Assembly: GCF_006345805.1 (NCBI RefSeq)
Contig: NC_042998.1
Location: 137,826,001-137,890,000, forward strand
Direction: 5' to 3'
DNA length: 64,000 nt
Source: Octopus sinensis
Lineage: Eukaryota
Of the stretch, positions 24,451 to 37,399 are shown piece by piece (position 1 is the stretch's first letter; each line of letters opens with the position of its first letter). A program made the translations under genes and the position numbers. Below the pieces are notes generated by a model. The model saw only the letters and a program-made list of their open reading frames with translations, did no database searches and was not told the DNA's origin.

Positions 24451-27400
24451 ATATACCTACCTATACATATATATCTACTTATGTATGTATATATATATAT
24501 ATACATGTATAAATACATCCATATATATACATATACTATATGTCAGGCTACTTTCAATTTCATCCACAAGGCTTTGGTTGGTCCAGGGCTACAGTAGAAG
24601 ACATTTGTCCAAGGTGTTACACAATGGAACTGAACCCAAAGATATGTTGTCAGAAAGCAAGTTTCTTAACCACACAATCATACCTGCATATCTCCATTAA
24701 ATTTGCCACCTGCAATGATGAGATTGATGTAATTTACTCTCAAGGTAGCCTGCTGGGTGGTTTCAAAGAAGCAGTCTTTCTATTTGTAAGCCCTGATTGT
24801 GGTACATATGTAGAGATGTCACTGTTGTGTTGGCCATGACTACCAAGGTAGTAGACAATCACATACTCTGATTACCTCAACTATTTTATCTATTTCTTAG
24901 TTAAAAGAATACCTACTCCACTGATCCAGAAAATATGTACTTTCGTTCCTTGGTCATGACAGGTCTGGCAGAGACTCTGAGATGTGTACAAAGCATACAT
25001 CTGTTTGCTTTTGCTCCAGCATCTCTACATACCAGAGATAAAATGTCAAGAAGTTGACATTATTTTTTTCCAGATCATCCAATAGTTTGAAAAATGTAAA
25101 ATAATTAAAATATTCCTTATAATTAGAAAATTTGAGGCAAAAAAAAAGGATTCTTGAACATGAAAGATAAATATTTCTCCATGTAGGCGCAGATGTGACT
25201 GTGGTTGAGAAACTTGCTTCCCAGCATTGTGACTTTTGTATAACACCGTCAGCAATTGTCTTCAACTTTAGCTGTGAGCTGACCAATGCCTTATGAGTGC
25301 GTTTGGTAGACAGAAACTGAAAGAAGTACATTGTACATGTGTATTTGTCTTGACGTCAAGTAATAGTTGCAAACGAGCATTATCAAGTGATGTTCTTTGT
25401 TTCCAGTCTTCTGTGAAAAACTTGCGTTTGTGAGGAAATATTACCTTGCCAGTGAACAGGTGAGGATATCTGGCCATAGAAAAACTACCGTAACAAATTC
25501 TGCCTGACACATGCAAAAGTGGATTTTAAACTAATGATGATGATGATCACAGGATTCTTAGATAACTGGTCCCATTCATAGTAATGAATATTTTGAACAT
25601 AATGAGTGTTGAGCTGGCAGTAATAGCAGTGCCAGACTTGCACTATTCAGTTTTAGTCCACTGCTTTGAAAGGAAATCTGACTGGAAGAAAAGGACCAAC
25701 AAAGAGTAATACCAAATAGCTAAAAGTAAAACAAGTTTACATAGCACAGGAAAAAAGTGAAAGCAAGGGGTTTTGCTATAAGATGATCAGAGGCATAAGG
25801 TACTCTGGATTGCAGAAGTGTCAAGTTGTCTATGGGAACACCCTGTATGCTGATGACCTTGTATTTATAAGAGTATGTAGGGAATTTAGGGAAGATATTC
25901 TAGATGCGAAAATGAAACCTAGAATTGAGATGGATCATCACTTAACAAGTTTTTCATTGTTACAGATTGGATGGTTTGATGGGAACTGGCTAGCCAGAAG
26001 ACTGTGCCAAGTTTTTGTCTGCTTTCTATGGCTGGATGCCCTTCCTAATGCCAACCACTTTACAGTGTGTACTGTGTGCTTTTTATGCTGCACTAGCATG
26101 ATCAGCAAGTAATATGCAAGACCAAGACAAAGACCCCTCAACTGAAGGAGGTGGCTTTGTGCCAGGTAAGGTAATGAGAAGTTAAGCCATGTTAGGACAG
26201 AAATGGGTGTCTTGCTGTAGCAGAGAGACATGGCTACCATAGTCAGAGAGAGAGGATGATGGTGAAGATGTGCCCCAACATACCCTCAAGGTACATGGAG
26301 GAGAATGTAAGTGGAGTGATACAAAGTATTGGACAAGGTGAGCAAGGTTCATTGGGGAGTGGGGGAGATTAATGTTACATGTGGAGAGCACATAATACAC
26401 TGCTTCTAGATTTAGTTTTGTTGAGGTGAGCAGGTCTTCTCAAGAACCTCATATCATCAGACATCTTGGTTCATTGTCATCTCCACGAAGCGCTACTGCA
26501 TTCCATGTCTTCTTAGGTCTCCTTCTGCAGGTTGCATCAACTTTAAGTGATTGGCACTTTCTTTTTATACAGGTTCCTCATCAATGTGCATCACTCACAT
26601 GACCAAACCATTATAGTTGTCCCTCTTGCATACTAAATCTGATTCCTCTCATGCCTAACTTTTCTCTCAACATGTTTGCACTTTCTTGTGCATGCATACT
26701 GACACTGCACATCCATCGGAGCACACGAGTTTCATTCCTCAACAGTCTTCATATATCCTCTACATTTATGGCCCACATCTCACTACTATGGTGCATAGCT
26801 TTTCATATACAAGCTGCCTTTCACTCTGAGAAGCCTTTTGTTGTCAACAGAGGTAATAACTCTAAACTTCCTCCACCCTCTTCTCATTTTAGCAACTATA
26901 CTTTCAGAACATACTCCTCCACTGCTAATTTGGTCCCTAGGTAACAAAAACTATCCACAAGCTCAAGAGAGCCTCCTGAGTATTTAATAAAATTTAATTC
27001 CCATGTACCTCAGAATAAAATTACTGAAGATTTAAGTTAAGTAGGAAAAAAGATAAAACTCTGTAACCACTAGGGAAATGCCATGCTGTTACTGGAAAAG
27101 GAGTAAGGAAGAATTCCACATGGTGTACTCACTGTGAATTATGGGTGCACAATAAATACACTAAGATCACAGGTAGGTTGATAGAAAAAAACCCCCCAAA
27201 AAACAATGACACATGCACAAGAGTAGTTAGAGCACCTGTGAGATAAATTCTTTCAATGTTTGGAGGCTCTCATAGTAGTTGAGAACTTCTGTTACCTAGG
27301 TGACTGAAGTAGCAGTGGAGGGTATTCTGAAAGAATAGAAGCTAGAATAAGAACATATGGCTACAACTTCTGACAGAGACAAAGGGATTCTCTTTTTGAG

Positions 27401-30400
27401 CTAAAAATGGAGAGTATGCAGTATGATGTTGCCTGGGAGTGACAAATTGTAGATATTCAAGCAGTGTTGTTGTTGGTACTTCTGTCAATAACATATCTGC
27501 TCACTTCATGTTTTCGAAGCTGTATGGAATAAGAGATTCTTGACTTGAAAAAGAGGTAAGGGTTAGCATCAGGAATAGTATCTGGTTGTAAAACAATGCC
27601 ACAAAAACATATTTGTCTAACTCATGTTAGATTAGAAAAAACAAACATAAAACAAAAATGTGTAAAAAAAAATCCAATTTTATAGAGCAGAAATAAAAAC
27701 TAAAGAACTTCTAAGAATTGTGTTAAGAAGCTCACTTTGCAACCATCAGGTTATAATCCTACAGTGCAGCACTTGAAGAAAATACTGCAAAGTGGGATTG
27801 TATATATATATAATCATTATCATCCTTATTTATTACATTTGCTTTCCATGCTAGCATGGGTTAGATGGGTCGTGATGGTTAGAGTCAGTGGGGCTTGTTT
27901 CACTTGGGTTTCCTTTTTGGTTTGGTTTCTAAGGCTTTCTAATACCAAGCACCAACTGCTTTGCAGTTTATGTGTGACCAGCAAGCCTAAAAGACTCTCA
28001 ACCCACACCTAACAGATAGCACTGATGCTTGTACAAGAGTGAAAGCCATATTCTCAGTGCAATTAAAGGGGTCTGACAAAACCATGTCATGTGTCATCAT
28101 CATCATCAACACTTAACACCCATTTTTCATGCCGGCATGGCTTGGATGGTTTAACAGGATCTAGTAAGATGTAGTACCATGTTGAGCTCCAATGTCAGGT
28201 TTGGCCATGGTTGGATCCCCTTCCTAATGCCAACACTTTTCAGTGCATGTATATCTATATAAAGAAATATGCAATGACCATTATTAATACCTTGCCTCAT
28301 ATATCACTGTGTAAAAAAACAGTATAACTGGAACACAACCATGGATTTACAATATAGAATGGTGATGAACAATAACTTCAGACCTTCTCATAAGAATATG
28401 CAGAGTTCTTCACTAATTTAAACAATATTGTTAGCCTGGTGTACTAATAGAGAGCTTATAACGTATTTTCCCCCGACTGATAATCTCTCACTAATAACTA
28501 AATACAAAGATATTTCTGACCATCATCATAAATTCATTTTCCATGCCAGCTTCGGTTGGAAGCACTGGCCACAAAAACTGGGTCTTTTAAATAAAAATAC
28601 CCCGTGTTAGATATTCCCATGTCATTTTCACCATCATAAATGCAGTGCACCAGTAATTGGCTTACTGTTCACTAATTGTGATATAAAAGTCAGCTACAAA
28701 TGGTAATTTTCTTGGGAGAGCATACCTTAAAAAATATTACATAGGTATATTAAAACCATAAACAGAGTGTTACATAAGCACTTCAGTAGACTATTTGAGA
28801 AAATAAGGATTTCTAACATGGTACAAGATCACACATTTTAGAAGATGGGTACAATTGATTAAATTGGCACCAGAAGGATGAAAGGTCAAGTTGACCCTGG
28901 TAATAGTGAATATATAGCTATATGTTCACGAAGAGAAAAGACATTCTATTAAATTTCTTAGGAAAACTATAACAGTGAAAAATAACAATTGCAGTCGTAA
29001 AATTATGCAAGTGCCAACAGAGAAATGTATTTGATATTTCTGAGTAGCATGCCATCATAGATCTTAGAGTAGTGATGTTGAAACTGATGGCTATTTTAAT
29101 TATACTATCAGAGAAAGTAATTAACCAGTTCTATATACATCTACAGATGCAATACCTGAATACATCGTTAGTGTAGTTGTCTCTTAGAATCATTGGGTGT
29201 TTTGGCTCTTATAACATACACCACACCCTCATCCAGGCTACCCAGTTTAGGTTGATCAACCCTAGACCTGTGTCAAAGTGGCATTCTACTAACCCCACCA
29301 GTAGAATGTGCAAAGCTGTCAAAGTCATCAGAATGTTTTCTTTGTAGCCTTTATGTTGTTCTTGATCCACATAGAATAACACACCAGAGACTGATAAGGA
29401 TGGAAACATAAAACATATTAGAGTGCATGAAATCAGGATAGAAATGTAGAATTGTAATGAGAAATGAAAACTTGATCAATCATATATATATCAGCATTGA
29501 TTGAATGAACACTTAACAAACATATGTAATATTATTATGGAATACTTCAAGAGAAGATACAGAATTAAATTACAGGAAACCATGCTAAAGCTCATGTTGA
29601 AGCTTAATGCAGCCCTGCAGCTTGTTGGATGTGAAACCATCCAACCCACACCAGCATTGAGAATGGATGATAATGATAGTAATGGTTAAAGTGACATATG
29701 CATGCTTTAAATAATATGTTAACAAAATGCTGCACAATTAAATCACAAAACTCTTTTGTCAATAAAGAGGATTTACTCTGCATATTACATAGAAAGCCTT
29801 GAAATGTAAGATTTTCTTGTTTGGTGCCACCAGACTGGTAACAGGGTTATAAGTACTGGTCTAGATATTGTGTTTAGTTAAGTAATATATCTAAACAAAA
29901 ATATTAAGCTTTATGATCAAAATTAGAGTCAGTTGATGCAACTTTTGTTTGCTTAAAGTGGAATGTTAAAAAACAATTTTAAGTTATATTCTATGATACA
30001 AAATATATACACACTGAAGAGTACTGAATAAAAACGAAGAGAAACAACAGTAAATTTGACTTGTATATTTATAGAAATGTATTGATTTAATTGGTTAAAT
30101 GTTTAGAAAAAAAAAGCTGGAATGGAAGGGAAAAATGTTGAATGATGTTTCAGAAATAAATCAAATAAAATTTGTCACTTATAGGCTTCAATTAATTGTA
30201 GGATATGATGTTTAAGTAAACCTAAATCAGAGTTACAGCAGAGTAATGTAGTTGTTAACTGGCGGTACAGGATATGGCACAGTGATGACATTCACCGCCT
30301 TTTTAGTTCAACCAATTACAAGAGGCACCAGATGTAGACTGAATTGTTTTAAGTACTTACTGATGTTTACAAACAATAAAATTGTATCCATGAATGCATA

Positions 30401-30865
30401 TTTGCATGAATGTTTGTGTATTTGTTTGCATGTATGCATCTGCTTCTTAATGTAGAATATAATGAAACCACAGCCTCAAACTTTCCATGGGAGACATTGA
30501 ATTTAGCATTCACATTCTATAAGTCAGAGGTATTTTAACTGTACAGCAAAGAAAATAAAATCTGTAAAATAAATAATTATTCTATAATATTGTCAAAAAA
30601 CGGTACATCAAATTCCTATATGACAAGCAAAGAGGAAAACATTTTCTTCCTCAGGTTTTTATAGTTATAGAAATTATTTTCCAACTTACAGATAATATTT
30701 ACAACAAAAAAAAAAGTCTGAAGTTTCAATCATTTCTTCAAAGAAAATATCAGTATTTGAGACTCTCTTCATTATCTTGACGTTTGGAAACTGAAGTTTG
30801 ACAAAAATACGTCTGTGACATATCTGAGTTGTAATGAAACTTTAATCCATACTTCTAAAAATTAA

Positions 30866-32479
30866 TTATTCGCGTCGCCTTTGTTTGCTTCGACTTGATT
30901 CATAGTCTTTACTACTGGATCGGGAATCCACATGAGTAGGACGTTTTTGTCCTCCGTGTTTGGCTTCTGTTAAGAATTTATCTAAACCAAAAGGATCAGG
31001 ATCTTCTTCAAACTGAACAGGGCCATCTCGCTTCCGTGATTTATCAGTTCCGGCAAAACCTTTCTCTGCTTCAAATCTCTTTGTTTTCATAATTGTTTCA
31101 AGATCATCACCATACATCTCTTTATCAGCATTTTTGAATGGTTTATAAATCGAATCAGCAATACTTCGATCTTGGCGCCAGGGTTTATCATAAACGTTAT
31201 AAGCGTCATCATCACCAAACCCACTGTCCATTCCTTTAGTTCTATTAAAGAGTCTCTGATCAAACTGAACTTCCTGAGAGTCTCCAACTCCTGTATTTGG
31301 AAGACCTAACGCAATAATTTCACTGACATCACGTTCTCTTTCACGTTGCAATTTAGATCGTTTATCAGGTGCAGCTCTGGCCAAATTACGATCTCGTTGT
31401 CTGTCTTTTGATCTCTCTTTTCGCAGTTCATCTCTTTCGGCAACCTCTTCTTCTTTTTCCTCCCTACGAATTCCTGCGCGTTCTTCACGGGCTTTCTGGG
31501 CAAGTAAACGCAAATTACCTTCTTTTTTCTCCTTTTCTTTCTGAGCCATTTTTTTCTCAATTTGTGCTCGCATCTCAACAGCTTCTCTAGCTTTTCTGTC
31601 AGCTATATACAAAGCTTCGGCTAATTTAGCAAAATTTTCGTTGATGTGTACACCTTGTAAACCTCGACCGTCAGCCGCCAACCGTTTATCAAGAGGAATT
31701 GTGTAACCTTTAGCATTTTTCCAATTAGATATACAAGGCGGTATTTTCCATTCCTGCTGTTCTTTAACAGTGACTTTTCTGTTGGGAGAATGAAGAACAG
31801 GTGCAGGTGGTGAAGGGGGACCCCTTGGAATCTTTTTGTTTACTTTGAAACGCGCTGGTTCCATTGGATCTTTCTGAACATCAACCATGCGTATAATTCT
31901 TTGTTTAGCACCAGAATTGTATGAGACTCCTTGTTGTGAAGGAGTGTATCTAATATATTGGGCTGGAGCCTGTTTATCAGCGTGACGTACAGGCATTGCA
32001 GCTGACATTTTACTGGAAACAATTTTCTCCAGTGCCAGTCTTGTTTTCTCCGTTGTTTCCTCAATTTTTTCTGTATCTGGACGTTCCAATTCTGGATCAT
32101 TATCGTCAACATTTTTAGGAACAAGATCTTGGAATTTAGAATGAACAACTTTATCCTTACCGTGACCCTGTTTAGCGATTGCATCGTATTTAATTTTTCC
32201 TTGTGAATCCAGTTGCATAGCCAAAGAATTTGAACTCGACTTTTTAAGACCCATTCCAAGTGGGTACTGAACCACATGGATTTCAGGAAAAGCCCCGCCA
32301 TCGCCAAAATCTTCTTGAGTCCTTGGGATCCAGTTCTTCCTGTGTCCATACGGAGGTGCAGCACGTATGCTCTTTACAGTTACATGCTGCATATAAAGTT
32401 TATGTCGCTCTTCATCTTCGTCATCCCGATCGTACACTTTCTGAGAGGGTTGTGGTAAAAATTGTGACAATGTAGACAT
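30866..32479 (-). CDS. SNW1: SNW domain-containing protein 1 (SKIP/Prp45 spliceosome and co-activator protein), single-exon ORF, 537 aa
   Basis: Uninterrupted ORF with GDGGAFPEIHV, QYIRYTP, GPPSPPAPVLHSP, IPPCISNWKNAKGYTIPLDKRLAADGRGL and DQRLFN...GMDSGF motifs. Confidence 0.97.
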   Translation of the reverse strand: MSTLSQFLPQPSQKVYDRDDEDEERHKLYMQHVTVKSIRAAPPYGHRKNWIPRTQEDFGDGGAFPEIHVVQYPLGMGLKKSSSNSLAMQLDSQGKIKYDAIAKQGHGKDKVVHSKFQDLVPKNVDDNDPELERPDTEKIEETTEKTRLALEKIVSSKMSAAMPVRHADKQAPAQYIRYTPSQQGVSYNSGAKQRIIRMVDVQKDPMEPARFKVNKKIPRGPPSPPAPVLHSPNRKVTVKEQQEWKIPPCISNWKNAKGYTIPLDKRLAADGRGLQGVHINENFAKLAEALYIADRKAREAVEMRAQIEKKMAQKEKEKKEGNLRLLAQKAREERAGIRREEKEEEVAERDELRKERSKDRQRDRNLARAAPDKRSKLQRERERDVSEIIALGLPNTGVGDSQEVQFDQRLFNRTKGMDSGFGDDDAYNVYDKPWRQDRSIADSIYKPFKNADKEMYGDDLETIMKTKRFEAEKGFAGTDKSRKRDGPVQFEEDPDPFGLDKFLTEAKHGGQKRPTHVDSRSSSKDYESSRSKQRRRE

Positions 32480-32712
32480 TTTTTCATCAAACAGTAAACG
32501 TCTATAGCAACAAATATGGAGGTAACTCTCGTTTACAAACTCTCACGTGAAAACAGGATGTTAAACACTGTTACGTATTTTACTACTTATTTACTAATTT
32601 AATCAATAATAATTAAAAAAAATTACAGCTATTATGTATTATATGATTTATTATATATTTCATTTTACAAGAAAAAGCTTAGTGCAACAAATTCGAATCT
32701 ATGTCTATTCGG

Positions 32713-32724
32713 CAATATGGCGAC
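32713..32724 (+). promoter_or_regulatory. YY1-like motif in the putative promoter
   Basis: caatatggcgac resembles the YY1 consensus CAAGATGGCGGC; lies in a locally CpG-retaining region. Confidence 0.35.
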
Positions 32725-32911
32725 TTTGTTATGGTTGGTATGGCGATGTTTGTTATTGTTAATATAAAGTTTACTTATTACACAGATTTAGGAATTTTAT
32801 GTTTCGACAATATTAAACAGGATTAACCACTAAATTTAGAACAAATCTTAATAAGACATTTATTTCTAATATTATGAGCACATTGACCCAGAATATGACT
32901 AATTGACGGTT

Positions 32912-32925
32912 GTTGCTAAGACAAC
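32912..32925. promoter_or_regulatory. RFX X-box-like motif
   Basis: GTTGCTAAGACAAC, an imperfect 14-bp palindrome resembling GTTGCCATGGCAAC. A partial second motif (ctatagcaac) lies at 32502-32511. Confidence 0.5.
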
Positions 32926-34683
32926 TTTACCTTAACAACAGCCCAGCTGCGTGTAAATTGTCTCCAACATAGCTTCAGATATCTTCGGGTGGTGCTCGTT
33001 TAAACTCACTGAAAATGACCACCTGAATCTGCTATAATCCACTCTGTGCTGTTTAAGAACATATGTAAATGTGTATGTATTTTATCTTTTGTAATGCTGG
33101 CAATGCTTTGGATTTTAATAATTGCAACACTTGTTTTATCCTATCAACACTGAGAAAAAAATAACAAACACGACTGTTTATTTATAAAATCGCATCTTAT
33201 TTTCCCTTTTAATATCGTTGATCCATTCTATCTGTATGTTGTGTCCTTTTATGCTAATCGCATTATTTTCATCTGTTATATATTTGTAAAAATATTCTTT
33301 TTATGAAAGAAAAAACAATTTAAAATCTCTAAATACTTCATTATATTTATAATATATATTAAATGATTGTATATATTTGTTTGTTAATTCAGTTAATTAC
33401 TAGTAAAAATATAAATTTAACTGCTATAAACTGTAAAAGCAAATTTGAATAAAGGCGGGAGGAACAAATATACTGTAATTTTCATTTTCCTGCAATTAAA
33501 TTTTCTAGTTGTATGCTTGTAACTTTGTTTTCTCATTAATTACTGTTTTTATTAAAATATTTGCTTAACAGTTGTCAAGTTTTATCATCGTCTTCACTCA
33601 TCTTTCATTCATCCCTCCATCATTTGTGCAGCCGTTCATTCATATATTTCAATATTATGCTTTCATTCATAATATAATGAACACATTACACATAAACAAT
33701 ACAATTTAGTTTTAATTCACTTGCACCAGGAGCTGTCTTTATTTCAGTGATATGTATTATTTGACGTTGTATTTTTGAAAATAAGCCTTTATTTGTTAAA
33801 GAAATGCATAATGTACCTTAATCGAGTAATTTTGTGAATGGTGAATAAAAATTATTCCATATAATTATTGTTTAGTGTACTCCCAGTTTTTGAAATGGCA
33901 ATTATGTTAATATAAATGTTTTGTAATTTTCTTTTAGTCAGAAAAAAGTTTGTAACTTTTTAACCATTCGATATCGTGTTGCACAAACTACGCACATACA
34001 AATCTACGCCTTTATCCTGATTGATATTGTTCACTAACAACATAAAATTAGAAAGTAAGATGACAAAAAACTTCCCAAGTTAACGTTTTAACCCACTACA
34101 AATTGAAAGTGTTTAATAATTTTTGATTGTGCCTTCCATTTTCTTGTTGATAATGAATATCAACCAAGATAAAGTTTTTTTTTTTCATGTTGTGCAATGA
34201 TCATATGCAAGTTACTGAATGGTTAAAAAAAATGGACTTATTTTCTTTCTGACTAAAATATATAAATAAAACTTTTCATCAACGTAATCATTTAGACATT
34301 CTGCAAAATTTCATTAAAACTATATGCGTTATGAAGAAAGTTAAGAAGCCAAGTCAGGAGAGAGATATTTCGTCATAAAAAAAAAAAAAAAGGATTAAAT
34401 ATAGACATCCATGAAGATTTAATTTTAAGACATTGGAATATTCTGCTGATGCTCTTTTCAAAATATTGATTTATCGTTTGTTTATAAACCAATAGTTTGC
34501 ATAACTTCGAGTTGTATTAACTTAATTTTGAAACAGAACAACTCGATCCCTTATAAGGTTTTCCGATCTCTATCCTGCAGACGTCTATCATTTAATTAAC
34601 AGTTACGCAGTTTACTTAGCTAAAATACTTTAACATAATTTGCCTTTATTACTAAATTTCTGGATCTGTCTGTATTATAAGTT

Positions 34684-35111
34684 GGATCTTTTCGGTTTGA
34701 ACAGCAGTTTTTTTCTAGCGGTGTCATATGAAATTGTCACCCACAATTATGACCCCAGTATCGATCTATTGCATTTCATTCTGGTTTAGAGTTAGGGTTA
34801 GGATTAGGAGTGGGGGGAAGGGTATCATTTTTTTCTTCACAAATGTAAATAAACCCAATCTGTTTCTTAAACGAGGGACATATTCATGCGGCACAGAATG
34901 TTTTTACCTCAATAGACGTCAGTGATTGGTTGAAATTGCAGAAATTGAAGAAAAAAAAAACCCAACAAATATCTTACAAACCATAGAATTTTCTCAATAA
35001 AGCCAAGAGAAAAAGATGTTCTATAAACACATTCTACCAGTATACGAAGTTTAAAATTTTTTAGTTACCTAGAAATTATGTTAAAAACTGCCGTTCAAAC
35101 CGAAAAGATCC
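34684..35111. mobile_element. 428-bp non-autonomous DNA transposon (MITE) with 29-bp TIRs and 8-bp TSD
   Basis: TIR ggatcttttcggtttgaac(a/g)gcagttttt with one mismatch. Identical TATAAGTT at 34676-34683 and 35112-35119. Confidence 0.92.
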
Positions 35112-36100
35112 TATAAGTTTGTTATTTAAAAGTATGTAATAGAAAAAAAAATATTGTTTGCAATCCATAATTTCAAACATTCAGTACCCAACCTCGATGT
35201 ATTTCATATTACAGAAGTTGTTAAAAAGTGAAGTCGTATCGTCTAGTTTTTTTATAAGTGACGAGGGTGCATCTTCTTGATCTTACAATTCTGTAGTTAG
35301 TAATTAACATAACAATTATAAGATAATTCAAGAAACATCCTAAACACTATAAAGAGAAAAGCCACTCGACTTACTGGCATAAAATCACTCACTGATACAT
35401 TTTAACCTCTGACCCGCAGCTGTGCTATCTCCTCTTTCTATATTTTCTGTTATTAAAACGTTCTCTGTCTCTTTGTTTTGAGACAGGCACGTCTACTCAG
35501 GTACTCTTAATTCACTTCTCTTTCCTCCTCTTATCACCCATGTTGTGTTCAAGCCACATGGCTTTGCACTAGACACTATGACCAGCCCTCGCTTCCCAGA
35601 AAGCCATCCATCTGGTGGTCCCTCCCTGTTTTTGTCTTATCTTTTGTCGTCAGCTTGCAACAGTTTAAGCAGAGTATTAATAACATCAATCTCACTAAGC
35701 TCAGAAAGTCTGTGAAGGTTATGGGCACTTTCAAAAAGAAATGTCAGCTAGGTTTTCTTTTTCTGTTAGGATTGTTTGTGCATCGTAATTGTATATGTAG
35801 TAGTATTTGAAGTAACAGCATATCCAAAGGTTTGCAATTTTCATCAGTCATTTTGAATCTTGGATGTAGAGGCTGGAGATAAACGACTTCTATCATGCTG
35901 TCCTCTTATAAATTGACTTTGGATGTGGAAATAGGAAAGTTTTTCAATTGCATTTTTTCAATGAATGAACCATGCCTGGTTGTCGTCAAACTTCCTCCTT
36001 TTTTATTTATAAGTCATTTGATTTTCTTTCCAGAGTTGAACAACATGTAAAGGTCATGCATTTTGCTTTGAGTTGATTACTTATTTAACTTATAACATTC

Positions 36101-36690
36101 TGTCTTGTGATTCACCTTAGTGCCTCTAGGAGACTGCACTGCATTAACTAGCCTCTTTGCCCACTATTCTATGTCCATAATTAGTCATTGACTAGCACCT
36201 TAACCCACTACACTATACCTGGAGGTATTATCAGAGTGAATTTTTAAGGCTTATAAACCTCCATTGATGTCTTATGTTGGCCCCATTCTGATTGAATAAT
36301 ACAATTTTATATTTCTGAGATGACGAATTTTTATATTATGTATTAATTGGAATGGTGTCTTCACCTTGATTGTTACTTTCACTACTTTTTGGCTGTGCAT
36401 GCCCCAACCTTCAGAAAGTAACACCCAAGATGAAGACAGCCCTCCACAGTAACATAAGACATCATTGAAGGTTTAAAAGCCTTAAAAAATTCACTCTGAC
36501 ACTGCCTATGGTCATAGCATAGTGGATAAAGGCATTAATTCATGCAGTGCAGTCACCATAGAGGTTCTGAGTTCAATCCCAGGCAATGCACTAAGGTGAA
36601 TCACAAGACACCTGAAAAAGGTTGGAACATTCACAGCCGAAATGTAGCGAAAGCAACAACCAAGATGAGGACATCACTCTGACTAATATA
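36101..36690. mobile_element. Penelope-like element end(s) with an inverted terminal segment and a decayed hammerhead
   Basis: Perfect 23-bp inverted repeat (36101-36123 / 36588-36610), followed by cac-CTGAAAA-a-ggttg...cagcc-GAAA. Confidence 0.5.
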
Positions 36691-37399
36691 ATTATAACAT
36701 TTTGTTAAAATTTTTATCGAATCCACAGTTCAATAAAGCAATAGTCAAATATTCATTAAAACAAGTGGAGTTCTTTGTCCCATTATTTTATCATCTTGTT
36801 TGCATTAGACATAACTAAGTAGTTTTCTATATAACTCCATTGTATCATTCATTTTGTTCATTTGATGATAATTGATGAGTCATCATCATTTAATGTTTGT
36901 TTTCCATACTGGTATGAGTTGGACTGTTTGACAGGAGCTGGCGAGCATGAGGACTGTACTAAGCTCCACTGTCTACTTTGGTAGGGTTTCTATTGCTAAA
37001 TGCCCTTCCTAACACCAATCATTTTACAGAGTTTACTGGGCTCTTTTTACATGGCACCTGCACAAGTGAGGTCACCAAGTAACTCTTAAGACATGATCTT
37101 CAACTGAGGAGGGAATAATATTGAGGGACGTAGCTTTGTGTCAGGTGATGAGAGGTTAAACTATGGACAGAGGGACAAAAACAAGTATCTTGCTGTAAAG
37201 GAAACACAGGGCTATCTCAGATTGAAAAAAGAAAGAGAAGGAAAATGTGTCATGGTGTATCCTAAATTATAGAGAGGTGAAAGTAGTGCATTCACTTCGT
37301 TGTAGCTTGAAGGGATGGCCTAACACACCTTCATCATTTTCTCTTTTATTTCCCACTAGCAATATATCTCTTTTATCTGAAGAGATGTATGGCTGCTAC

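Noticed and set aside
29209-29409. 66-aa minus-strand ORF in non-repetitive-looking DNA
   Set aside because: No recognisable homology or convincing splice sites; could be distal 3' UTR or intergenic sequence.
31087-32475. Alternative-frame ORFs overlapping SNW1 (for example 31840..32364, 174 aa)
   Set aside because: Expected by-products of a long coding sequence; no motif or independent start context.
34785-34808. Interstitial telomere
   Set aside because: Only 3-4 imperfect units, and they lie inside a MITE.
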